Virus record (IMG/VR): IMGVR_UViG_3300017971_000013
Span: 39,596-103,595 of that record
Direction: 5' to 3' (one strand)
Source: a virus
Length of the DNA stretch: 64,000 nucleotides
Below the pieces are notes generated by a model. It had not been told where the DNA came from. It did no database searches and saw only the letters and a program-made list of their open reading frames with translations. Position numbers and translations under genes: made by a program. Shown here piece after piece: positions 1-8,412 of the stretch. The stretch's first letter is position 1. Each line of letters starts with the position of its first letter.

Positions 1-1
1 A

Positions 2-223
2 GAGCCCGAGGAAGAGGAAGAAGAGGACGAGTTCGAACTGTCGTTCGATATGGATGACATTAAGACCGCCTCTAAGAAGGAACTCAAGAAGATGTTTGCA
101 GAAGTGAACGGAATCTGTGAGGACCTCGAGGTTGAAGGTATTACTTTCAAGCCTCAGAGTACGGTTAAGATGAACCGTGGCATGCTTATGGCTGCCATCG
201 AGGAGCTGACTGAGGGAAACTAG
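2..223 (+). CDS. 3' end of an acidic hypothetical protein (partial, runs off the left edge)
   Basis: Open frame from base 2 (EPEEEEEEDEFELSFDMDDIKTASKKELKK...) to TAG at 221-223. Confidence 0.7.
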   Translation, partial: EPEEEEEEDEFELSFDMDDIKTASKKELKKMFAEVNGICEDLEVEGITFKPQSTVKMNRGMLMAAIEELTEGN

Positions 224-225
224 GA

Positions 226-411
226 GTGAGGGAACGGGCTCCCGGCCCGGACCCAAAACTTCTAAAATCCTTCTTGGCTACTCGCCCGGAGTGGATAGAA
301 GATACCTGTCTTGAAGCTTCGGGCGAAGCAGCTTGTCTTGAATGTCCAAAAGAAGTCGTCTGGGCTTGTACCAGATACTACATGTCTTTTGCGGAGGTAA
401 ACGAGCAATGA
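226..411 (+). CDS. Small hypothetical protein with Cys residues
   Basis: GTG start just after the upstream stop; ATGA overlap with the next gene. Confidence 0.5.
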   Translation: MRERAPGPDPKLLKSFLATRPEWIEDTCLEASGEAACLECPKEVVWACTRYYMSFAEVNEQ

Positions 412-935
412 GTGAGCAACAGCAGAATGTGAGCATCGAGTCGAAATGGAATGAACTGGTCACGTTCGTGCGTGAGCGCATGGACGAGATGGGACAGAGG
501 ATAGAAGCAGTTGAGGCGATGGTGGAGGATATCCGACAGAATCCACCCGTCGAAATCGCCGATGTCATCGAAGACAACATCAAGGCACTTGCAACCGAGG
601 CCGCTAACGAAGCGGCAGAGGTTAAAGTAGGTGATATGTGCGAGATGTTCATGTCAGAGATTCAGTCTCTGACGAACATGGTTCAGAGCCAAAGTGATCG
701 CCTGGCCTATATCGTTATGGAAGGAGAAGAGCCTTCCGAGGAAGAGCCGGTGCTCGAAAGCTTCGAGCAAGGTATGTTTGTGGCAGTAGAAGAGGTGGTT
801 TATACTCTTGTTACTGTTATGGATGAGGGCGCTACGGCCGTTGGTTTGGCAGTCGAAGATCCAACTATTCCACCGATTCGTGTGACGCTGGATTCTGATT
901 TCGAGGTTGTTGAACCAGTTGAAGACGACGAATAA
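408..935 (+). CDS. Acidic coiled-coil hypothetical protein
   Basis: Start moved to ATG 408 (GAGG RBS, ATGA overlap); terminator follows. Confidence 0.75.
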   Translation: MSEQQQNVSIESKWNELVTFVRERMDEMGQRIEAVEAMVEDIRQNPPVEIADVIEDNIKALATEAANEAAEVKVGDMCEMFMSEIQSLTNMVQSQSDRLAYIVMEGEEPSEEEPVLESFEQGMFVAVEEVVYTLVTVMDEGATAVGLAVEDPTIPPIRVTLDSDFEVVEPVEDDE

Positions 936-1002
936 ATTCTAACTCTTAACCGTTGCCTATCGACTAACATTGCCGGTAGGCAACATTAAGCGTTTGAGTT
1001 TT

Positions 1003-1037
1003 GAACCCGTATGGCATTGTGCTGTGCGGGTTTTTTT
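1003..1037 (+). terminator. Rho-independent terminator
   Basis: AACCCGTATGGC/GCTGTGCGGGTT stem followed by a T-run. Confidence 0.75.
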
Positions 1038-1061
1038 GTGCCTAACTGCTAGGAGGTAAAA

Positions 1062-1400
1062 ATGAAGCTAAGATTCAAGAAGAAAGGCGGAGTTAAGAAG
1101 ACTCGTAGAACTGTGAAGAAAGAGAATCCTACAATTGCGTTGATTAATAAGATGAAGGAGATTACCACCATGGAGGTGGGGGGCACGATCTTCAAGTTCA
1201 TGATTGAGGAATATAAGAACAAATGGTACTTTAAGATAAAGCCGATGTTCCGGGCGAATGATGGCACGTTGGTGTACAAAAAAGGAGGGCTTGTAATGGC
1301 CCTTCCTAAGAACGCCAATGCGATGGAGGAGTTGCGCGATACCATCGATATTTGTGTTTCTATCTTTGATGCCGCCGATGAGAATGGAATTTTCGGATGA
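1062..1400 (+). CDS. PC4/YdbC-like ssDNA-binding protein (putative)
   Basis: AGGAGG RBS; EEYKNKWYFKIKPMF...DG...KKGG resembles the PC4 fold pattern; basic N-terminus. Confidence 0.55.
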   Translation: MKLRFKKKGGVKKTRRTVKKENPTIALINKMKEITTMEVGGTIFKFMIEEYKNKWYFKIKPMFRANDGTLVYKKGGLVMALPKNANAMEELRDTIDICVSIFDAADENGIFG

Positions 1401-1630
1401 AGTATAAATATATTGATGTTGAGCGCTTTCCAGCGTTGCCCGATGGGGCAACCGATATTTCTATCACTCTCTATAACTTTGAAAGGAAAGTTATTGGCGG
1501 AGCGGCTAGATTGGTGTGTGGTATGCTGACAGCCTGGTTCGACACTGGGTTGGGCGTTGTCACACTGTCTGGTCGGGAGGCACATGAGTTTATTGATGAT
1601 TGCTTGGAGGTGGCTAACAGTGAGCCCTGA
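1397..1630 (+). CDS. Hypothetical protein
   Basis: ATGA-coupled ORF in an operon. Confidence 0.65.
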   Translation: MKYKYIDVERFPALPDGATDISITLYNFERKVIGGAARLVCGMLTAWFDTGLGVVTLSGREAHEFIDDCLEVANSEP

Positions 1631-1991
1631 AACAGTGTATTCTCTGCTTGCTCAGGTGTTCGAGATCCATTACGGCTTTGAGGAGGCCGTGGTTAAGAGA
1701 TACTCGGATGTCACGGGCGAAGCAAAGTTTGATGTGGAGGAGGCGCCCGAGCATTCCTACTTTCCATACCGAAACAGATACTCTATCACATACATAAGTC
1801 CCTATGAAATACCTGGAGTGTACATATCGACGGTAGGGTTTGTGTTCGGGTATCTTGTTTCTGTCTTTCGTAAGGAAAACCAGTGGGTGGTGATGGATAA
1901 GCAAATGCTTAATCCTACTTACTACCATTTTTCTACGGCGATCGCGGCGGCACAGAAGGCCATAGAAGTGGCTTTAGAAAGGAAGATATGA
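1620..1991 (+). CDS. Hypothetical protein
   Basis: GTG start at 1620 with GGAGG RBS; coupled to neighbours. Confidence 0.65.
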   Translation: MSPETVYSLLAQVFEIHYGFEEAVVKRYSDVTGEAKFDVEEAPEHSYFPYRNRYSITYISPYEIPGVYISTVGFVFGYLVSVFRKENQWVVMDKQMLNPTYYHFSTAIAAAQKAIEVALERKI

Positions 1992-2434
1992 GCATCGAGG
2001 AATATAAAGACGAAGTCTCCAAGGTTCTGATTAAAGTGAATTATGGTCGTGCTGAGGCTTATTTCCAATGGCAGGATTCAGTTGGTAACTGTGATGCGAT
2101 TTTGATGACTCTCTTTGAGAGTGACTCAGAGGAGATGTTCCTTGAGGAGAAACTCCGGTGGGAGTTCAATGATGACGGCACCTTACTTCGTCTGTTTGTT
2201 GGCACAGAAGAAGTTCTCAGAGACAGAGCCCCTTATTTGAAGTTCGTATTGTATGGTGGATCGAAGCCGCGTGATTTGATCTTAGATGATTTCACACGAA
2301 TCTTTGAATATGGGCTAGAGTATCACTTGGAGCCGATTTTTCTAGAATGTGGTTGTGGTTGCGAGATGCGACAGTATGGTTTCTGTCATTTCGACGTGGA
2401 GCGTGCTACAGCGGGAACTAACAGAGTAAGCTGA
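1988..2434 (+). CDS. Hypothetical protein with C-terminal Cys cluster
   Basis: ATGA-coupled ORF; CGCGC...CH motif. Confidence 0.65.
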   Translation: MSIEEYKDEVSKVLIKVNYGRAEAYFQWQDSVGNCDAILMTLFESDSEEMFLEEKLRWEFNDDGTLLRLFVGTEEVLRDRAPYLKFVLYGGSKPRDLILDDFTRIFEYGLEYHLEPIFLECGCGCEMRQYGFCHFDVERATAGTNRVS

Positions 2435-2511
2435 GCACGAGCAAGGAATCGTCGGGAGTTCGATAAAGCTCATCAATGGCTGGAAGTTCTTTGTTCACCT
2501 TTTCAACAGAC

Positions 2512-2540
2512 TTGACTGTCGAATCGGTGAGAGGTAGACT
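2512..2540 (+). promoter_or_regulatory. Sigma70-type promoter
   Basis: TTGACT (2512-2517) - 17 nt - TAGACT (2535-2540). Confidence 0.6.
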
Positions 2541-2546
2541 TGGCTC

Positions 2547-2656
2547 GTGACCTGTAAGGTTTAGCTCCGCCTTACAGGCTGCCAATACTTTACCTCCAAA
2601 GAAGACTTGGCATAAGTTAAGCCCCTTGCATTGATTTGCAGGGGGCTTTTCTTTTT
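2547..2656 (+). ncRNA. Candidate ~110-nt sRNA presenting an anti-Shine-Dalgarno ACCUCC loop
   Basis: Promoter upstream; hairpin CCTGTAAGG/CCTTACAGG; hairpin TGCCAA..CTTT-ACCTCC-AAAG..TTGGCA; terminator 2619-2656; no ORF. Confidence 0.55.
2619..2656 (+). terminator. Rho-independent terminator
   Basis: AAGCCCCTTGCA/TGCAGGGGGCTT stem followed by TTCTTTTT. Confidence 0.8.
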
Positions 2657-2727
2657 GCCTTCAAAAGTGTTAATATTGCCACTTAGCAACGTTTAGGTGT
2701 CAATCTTATTACTTTTGGAGCGTAATA

Positions 2728-4830
2728 ATGACTAGGTACTTTTTTGCAGGAGGGGACTCTAAGCCCGCAATTAAGTGTATGCTCGCATGTGACGTCAAAA
2801 ATATTCTGTTTAGCTTCTTCTATATACAGAAAAAGCGGCAGAAGAATTTTGATGCCCTTGTAAGTCAGCTGACAGAACTCAAGGAAAAAGGTGGTTATAC
2901 TTTTATCTTAGATTCTGGTGGCTTTACTTATAAAGATGTAGCGGGCCGAGGGTTTCAAACTGTTAGAAGTGAAGCAGGCGCTGTACGGACAAAGAAGCTA
3001 GATCCATATGCGTATTTAGAGGAATACACCAAATTTCTTATACAATATGGACACTTGTTTGATGTCTGTGCAGAGTTTGAACCGGACGAAGTGTTCGGCG
3101 GCGTAGATATTGTAGATGAGAACAGAGAGAAGATGCTAGCCACCTTCGAGAAGCACGGTGTAGAGGTTAACCTCATGCCTGTGTTTGATTCTTTCATAAG
3201 GGATCTAGATACGTGGGAAGAGTGGTGTGAAGATTCTAGATACAAGCATCTTGGTTTTGTGGGAAATGATATACGTCTTGCTTCTCGTCTTGTAAATAAG
3301 GCGCATAGACACGGCAAAAAAGTACATGGTTTCGCGCAGACTAAGATTGAGGATCTTCAAAGAGCTAAGTTTGATACTGTGGATTCTACAGGATGGATTT
3401 CTGGGCAGAAATATGGAGAGGTGTTCATATTTCAACGTGGTAAATGGACCAGACTAAACGCTACCCAAAAGAATAAGCGCAAGCTTTATAAGAACTATTT
3501 CAAGGCAATTGGGATAGATTGGGACCTCATCAATAGAGATGATCCCAATGAGTTACTTAAAGCCTCATGTTTGTCCTGGAAGCGTTTGTTTGATCACTTT
3601 GAGGCTAGGTCTATATTAGAGACAGCCAGTACCACCTCCTTAAAGAGAGCAGCACCAACAAAGCCTGTTCGTGGGGTGTTGATGCAGTTAGCTGAGCTTG
3701 GTGTAGACAAAAAACCACGGGAGCGTAATGTCCCAAAGAAGACAATCAAAGTGGGGGGTAAGATACGGCTTATGTCGACGAAAGCGACAGCGTTCGACGC
3801 ACAGAAGATCATTGCACGGGCGTTGGAGTTGTCGGAACTCCCTGTCGAGGAAGCCTGGGAAAAAGCCTTTGGGCGAGATGAGCAAGAAATAACTGTTGAT
3901 GAGCAAGAGATGAACGCGTTGTTTAAGCCTAAAAGAGCCAGAGGGTTTAGCCCAGAATGGTATGCGTTGCTAGACCAACAACGTCAGGTAGAAGAGGCAT
4001 TAGAAAAAGTCTCGGCAGACAATGAAAAAAGAAATAATAACTGGGACAAGTTCCTGGTGACTGAGCCTCTTATGTCCGAAAACGAGGTAATTTCGCAGGG
4101 TTCCATTTTAGGTGACACTACAGACTACACAAATATTAAACAAATTCAGGGAAATACCGCAGAAATGGCGGATGGATCGCACGTTGCTAAAGACAACGTT
4201 GTTAATAGCAACAGAGAAACTTTAGACAGTCAAAACGACCCTACAAAGCTCACATCATCGACGATTCGTAAAAAATTGTCCGTCCATGCGTGTCATACGT
4301 GCGCAGTTTCTACCGATTGCTCTTATTATCAACCTGGCTACTTGTGTTATTACAAACCAGCATTTCAAACGTTGCAAAGTCGCAATGTTAAAGATGTGAT
4401 GCAGGCGTTAGAGTATATAACGGACAAGAACCTAGAGAGAACGATGCGCGCGTTTTTGATGGAAGAGATACAGATGGGGGGTCAAGTAGACCCTCAAGCA
4501 TCAAATGTGTCTCAGTTAGCTTTCGGGCAGTTAGAGAAGCTAGCTTCACTGAAACATGCAACCAGACCCGAATCTTTCAAGGTAACACTCGAAGGACAAG
4601 GTGAGTCAGCGTCTATCTTGACCCAACTTTTATCGGGCGCAAAACAGCCCGAAGAGCCAAAACAGTTAGAAGCGCAAGAGACTAATATGATAGATGTGAC
4701 ACCTAAGAAGAAAGAGAGAATAGAAGAACGCGCGATAAGAGAGTCAAAACAGCAAGGTAACAGACAAGATGAATATGACATTACTGAATTAGCTACGATA
4801 CAGAAAATGTTTGTTCCTGATCAACAGTAG
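2728..4830 (+). CDS. TGT/DpdA-like transglycosylase (7-deazaguanine insertion) fused to a long C-terminal region with a Cys4 cluster
   Basis: N-terminal ~290 aa has ILDSGGFT, MPVF, KVHGF and FDTVDSTGW motifs typical of phage TGT-superfamily TIM barrels; queC and queD lie in the same window; C-terminus has CxxC-x4-C-x8-C. Confidence 0.65.
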   Translation: MTRYFFAGGDSKPAIKCMLACDVKNILFSFFYIQKKRQKNFDALVSQLTELKEKGGYTFILDSGGFTYKDVAGRGFQTVRSEAGAVRTKKLDPYAYLEEYTKFLIQYGHLFDVCAEFEPDEVFGGVDIVDENREKMLATFEKHGVEVNLMPVFDSFIRDLDTWEEWCEDSRYKHLGFVGNDIRLASRLVNKAHRHGKKVHGFAQTKIEDLQRAKFDTVDSTGWISGQKYGEVFIFQRGKWTRLNATQKNKRKLYKNYFKAIGIDWDLINRDDPNELLKASCLSWKRLFDHFEARSILETASTTSLKRAAPTKPVRGVLMQLAELGVDKKPRERNVPKKTIKVGGKIRLMSTKATAFDAQKIIARALELSELPVEEAWEKAFGRDEQEITVDEQEMNALFKPKRARGFSPEWYALLDQQRQVEEALEKVSADNEKRNNNWDKFLVTEPLMSENEVISQGSILGDTTDYTNIKQIQGNTAEMADGSHVAKDNVVNSNRETLDSQNDPTKLTSSTIRKKLSVHACHTCAVSTDCSYYQPGYLCYYKPAFQTLQSRNVKDVMQALEYITDKNLERTMRAFLMEEIQMGGQVDPQASNVSQLAFGQLEKLASLKHATRPESFKVTLEGQGESASILTQLLSGAKQPEEPKQLEAQETNMIDVTPKKKERIEERAIRESKQQGNRQDEYDITELATIQKMFVPDQQ

Positions 4831-4831
4831 C

Positions 4832-4860
4832 TTGATCGGCGCAAATCACTGTTGTAATAT
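4832..4860 (+). promoter_or_regulatory. Sigma70-type promoter (putative)
   Basis: TTGATC - 17 nt - TAATAT. Confidence 0.4.
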
Positions 4861-4975
4861 TGATCTTTACGTAAGAGAGGTAACACCTAAAAAAAACTTT
4901 GTTGTAAAAGAAGGTGAACCATGAACAACGAGGGTTAAACCCCTCAAGGATCGGTCTTTTCAGGACCTAGACCAT

Positions 4976-5017
4976 TACCCCGATTGAGTGTCAAAAACTT
5001 GGTCGGGGTATTTTTTT
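4976..5017 (+). terminator. Rho-independent terminator
   Basis: TACCCCGATTGAG/CTTGGTCGGGGTA stem followed by T7. Confidence 0.75.
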
Positions 5018-5064
5018 GCCTAACATTGCACTATTGCAACATCAAAACAAAAGGAGGAGACAAA

Positions 5065-5286
5065 ATGAACGTCACACTATACGTAACAGAAGAGACAAAG
5101 AAAGACATGGAGTATCTTAAGAAGTATCACAACTTCAAACCAAGTAAACTACTACAGGAGGTAACAACGCTCATCATGGAGAAAACTGAGATCTGTGCTG
5201 GTTGTCCAGCTCGAGCCGATGAAACGTGCGCGGTGTGTAAGTATAACTCTGTGACTATTATAGTAGAGAAACACTTAAAGAGATGA
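5065..5286 (+). CDS. Small DNA-binding protein, ribbon-helix-helix-like N-terminus plus Cys4 C-terminus (putative)
   Basis: AGGAGGAG RBS; MNVTLYVTEETKKDMEYLK...SKLLQE pattern; CAGC...CAVC. Confidence 0.55.
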   Translation: MNVTLYVTEETKKDMEYLKKYHNFKPSKLLQEVTTLIMEKTEICAGCPARADETCAVCKYNSVTIIVEKHLKR

Positions 5287-5319
5287 CGCTCCCCCGGAGA
5301 CACCTCAACGTCTTGTGGC

Positions 5320-5481
5320 GTGGTCTGTAACTACTGTTATGAGAGTATAACAGGCATTCCTTACATAGATGTTGAGGTGGAAGATATTGTCTATTGTGAG
5401 TCTTGTGCAGCTAAATTAGGAGGAACATATAATCTGGGGGTAATAGTCAACGGTCACGTGCAATCTAACGTCGGTGAATAA
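5320..5481 (+). CDS. Small zinc-finger protein (not in ORF track)
   Basis: VVCNYCYESITGIPYIDVEVEDIVYCESCAAK...; two CxxC pairs; in frame with the upstream gene. Confidence 0.4.
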   Translation: MVCNYCYESITGIPYIDVEVEDIVYCESCAAKLGGTYNLGVIVNGHVQSNVGE

Positions 5482-5719
5482 GAGGAGGGCAATCTAAAAG
5501 TATCCAGCGGGAATGAGATGAAAGAAAGTCCCCTCCGGCAGGAGGGTTAGGGTGTCGTTGTATTACCCTAAGAGAGAGAGACACACACACATACATAAGA
5601 GCATACAAGGAGGACAAGAGAGACAGAGTGACCCGATACCCACCGCATAAGACCTATTGTTTAGAGCATTCTTCACATAGAGGTGGAGTTACTCACATGA
5701 GTGGCAGTCCTCAGAAGTG

Positions 5720-6362
5720 TAAAGTGGAGTACCTAGGGGCCAGGTGGGGACTATACGTTATGAGCATATGCCCATAACCTAGTGTCTGCCATTCCACTTT
5801 TGTTCATCTACAACGTGTAAATGGCACCTAGGTGTACCCTAGACCCCCCCTGAGACCAACCTCAGTCCCCCTCACGCCCAGTAAAGTGATCAGTCAGTGA
5901 AAAGGGTCAGTCTTTGGGGGAGTGTATGGGGAGTTCAGTGTCGGGGCAGTGAGTTGGGAGTGAGTATTAAGTGAGTTCTTAACGAGAGTGAGTAGCCGAG
6001 AGCCCTCCTGCAGTGAGTGAGTCAGTGAGTTTCTTCTGTGCGATAAAGTGACACTCCACCAACCACCTCTTATCTCCAAACATTGCCACTTGGCAACCTC
6101 AAAAAGTCCACGTTCATACATTATAAAGTGATATCTTCAGACATCCTCTGTCAGGCAGCGACCATTTCCTACCTTAGCTGTCATTTTCCACTCAAAAAGT
6201 CTCGGCGTGAACGTTATAAAGTGCATGTGTACCTACTATAAAGTGTATACAGAGCACCAATAAAGTGATGTCTCGCAGCAGTTGGTAGTACAGAGCTATG
6301 CGAAATAAAGTGTTGCGGCGAAAGAGATAAAGTGTGGGCCAAAGTCTCATAGGAAATAAGTG
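5720..6362 (+). repeat. Cluster of TAAAGTG boxes (iteron-like), partly phased at 22 bp
   Basis: TAAAGTG at 5720, 5882, 6044, 6124, 6217, 6239, 6261, 6306 and 6328; 33-nt imperfect direct repeat at 6098-6130 and 6191-6223. Confidence 0.75.
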
Positions 6363-6400
6363 ACGCAGCTGCCGGAGCGGACGGACGAGGTCAGTGGTGT

Positions 6401-6523
6401 CCATATTCGGCCATTGACCACATATGGCGATTGAGGTGTCCATATATGGTGATCACCGCATATGGTGAATCCGACCCTTCTATCCATATATGGCGATTCA
6501 CCCCAAAATTCGACCATATCTGG
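6401..6523. repeat. Cluster of CCATATATGG-type palindromes
   Basis: Copies or variants at 6401, 6418, 6440, 6456, 6484 and 6514. Confidence 0.8.
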
Positions 6524-6998
6524 CGAATATCCTTTTAAACCCTTGAAACCATGGGTGAAATTCGATCCATCTCTGAAACCCCTCATTTCGGGACACGAAA
6601 GCTCTATATAATGATAAGGGCGACTGTGGCAAAATGTATACACTGTATATTCAGAGCAACACTTGGTTTGAGCGAGCAACCATGCGGACATGAGCAAATA
6701 CGTCCTATACCTACATGTCATACTGTATACATTTTGCTACAGGGTGTTGTGTTGACACCTTGCCATTTGGCAACGTCTGTTCTGTACAGGTTGTACTTTT
6801 TTCAACCTTTTTACACTCTGTAACATATTGTAATTATGTACAAAACAGCCACAGGCCGAAATTCGACCCAAAAAAACGACACAAAAAAGCGATGGTTGGT
6901 ATCGAACCTGCAATTTAACCTTTGTGTTCGCGGGGGCGAACAAGGGAAGCAAGCCCTACTTGCTAAGGTCCCTTAGGGGACCAAACAGCGGAGCTATC

Positions 6999-7235
6999 AT
7001 GGAATTGCTAGCTATCATCATGTTTTCGTTCCTTGGTCTGTTCGTTTCTTCTGTTGTAATTCAGAGCAACCTTGCCGTTGTCGTCGCGGCGACTAATCGT
7101 AAGAACTATCTCGATTTCTGCGAGAATGTAGATAGCGAGCTGAAAGCTATTCATAGACAAATGTACGTAGACGAGATTGTCGCTGAAAGCGACATTTACG
7201 CGGCTGTTGATTGTTTGGGTCTGAGACTACGCTAA
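6999..7235 (+). CDS. Small membrane protein (early-type cassette)
   Basis: GGAG RBS before ATG 6999; N-terminal hydrophobic helix. Confidence 0.65.
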   Translation: MELLAIIMFSFLGLFVSSVVIQSNLAVVVAATNRKNYLDFCENVDSELKAIHRQMYVDEIVAESDIYAAVDCLGLRLR

Positions 7236-7272
7236 AACGGTTTTAGGGCGGTTCGATTCCGCCCTTAGCGTA
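7228..7272 (+). ncRNA. tRNA-like minihelix (acceptor-like stem + T-arm, no anticodon arm)
   Basis: TACGCTAA/TTAGCGTA stem enclosing GGGCGG-TTCGATT-CCGCCC. Confidence 0.5.
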
Positions 7273-7341
7273 TACCTCTCAATATGGGGTTGAGAGGAAA
7301 CACAACGGCGCTGAATAGGCGCCATATCAGGAGCTAATATC

Positions 7342-7674
7342 ATGCCCACTAAGAACACTAAAAACACAAAAACGATGATTGACCGACTTCGTGCATTGGC
7401 CGTAAACGGCGACCTGTTCATCCCCTTGGATAGCAAGGGTGAGAAGGTGCTTGAAGCTATCACCTTGAATCAGCTGTTGCAGGCTAGCGCAGGAATCGAA
7501 CCGTGTCACGTTGAAGCGGTCTGGCGCTTAGAAGGTAAGGGTGGTTCGTGGTTGTATGAGCGTCGTTTCAAGGGCGGACCACAGATGAAGCGTATCAAAC
7601 TGCGGACACCTATCGAAGGTGTCGTTGTTTCCTTCCCTTCTGGCGATGATACAGAAGACACCGATCTCTGGTAG
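7342..7674 (+). CDS. Hypothetical protein (early-type cassette)
   Basis: AGGAG RBS; 110-aa ORF. Confidence 0.75.
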   Translation: MPTKNTKNTKTMIDRLRALAVNGDLFIPLDSKGEKVLEAITLNQLLQASAGIEPCHVEAVWRLEGKGGSWLYERRFKGGPQMKRIKLRTPIEGVVVSFPSGDDTEDTDLW

Positions 7675-7757
7675 CCTCTACAGAGACCACACCTGGCGCG
7701 CGTTTGTGTTGGTTGTGGTCTCGATAGAGCCTATCACACACAAAGGGAGAGAAGAAC

Positions 7758-7970
7758 ATGAGACTATCATCTTGCATGACATGTGAAGAAACCACGTGCG
7801 CAAATTGCGCGCGGTTAGCTGTATATAGAGCACGGGTAACCAGAAGGGCGAGGGCTGGGCGACCAGGAAAGGTGGGTCACATCTACGGGTATGCAGCCAG
7901 ACATAGCCTCACAGACTGGCGTAACGATGGCAACAGGTCGACTGCGTTTTTGAAGCACGCGGCAGCATAG
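7758..7970 (+). CDS. Small basic Cys-rich protein
   Basis: GGGAGA RBS; CxxC-x4-CxxC; terminator follows. Confidence 0.6.
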   Translation: MRLSSCMTCEETTCANCARLAVYRARVTRRARAGRPGKVGHIYGYAARHSLTDWRNDGNRSTAFLKHAAA

Positions 7971-7987
7971 CCAACCAACGCGTGTTC

Positions 7988-8017
7988 AAGCCCTCTAGGA
8001 AACTAGGGGGTTTTTTT
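7988..8017 (+). terminator. Rho-independent terminator
   Basis: AAGCCCTCTAG/CTAGGGGGTTT stem with a GAAA loop and T-run. Confidence 0.8.
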
Positions 8018-8101
8018 GTACCCACCGTAGACCGTCAATCCCCTGACACTAAGCCACCTTGGCGCGCCACTATGACACAACGTCGGGCGCATGACTGCTC
8101 A

Positions 8102-8206
8102 CCATATATGGACAACGCCGGAAACCCGCATGGTTACTAGGGTTACGGGTCAACTCGCCATATATGGCGACCCACCCCCTTAACGGAAGGGTGTCAAAAT
8201 TTTGAC
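8102..8206. repeat. Palindromes: CCATATATGG (8102), TCGCCATATATGGCGA (8155-8170), GTCAAAATTTTGAC (8193-8206)
   Basis: Perfect inverted repeats read directly. Confidence 0.75.
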
Positions 8207-8412
8207 GCTCCAGGACAGATTTTAAATATTAGAAATTGATAGAAGTATATACTGCACATTAGGTTAATATTGCCATTAGACAATGTTAAAAAAAAAATAG
8301 AAAAAATAAAAAAGAAGTGTAAAACTATAATTCTTTACAAACTGTACAAAATTGACAACACAGGAGAGAGCCTGTATAAACGGAGAGAGAGAGAGAGAGA
8401 GAGGAGGGAGAG

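Noticed and set aside
6885-6920. Minus-strand GGTTCGATACC T-loop-like sequence
   Set aside because: Only 2 bp of stem and no acceptor stem.
5894-6952. ORF-track ORFs in the repeat-rich control region
   Set aside because: They overlap on both strands, have no RBS, have unnatural composition and coincide with repeat clusters.
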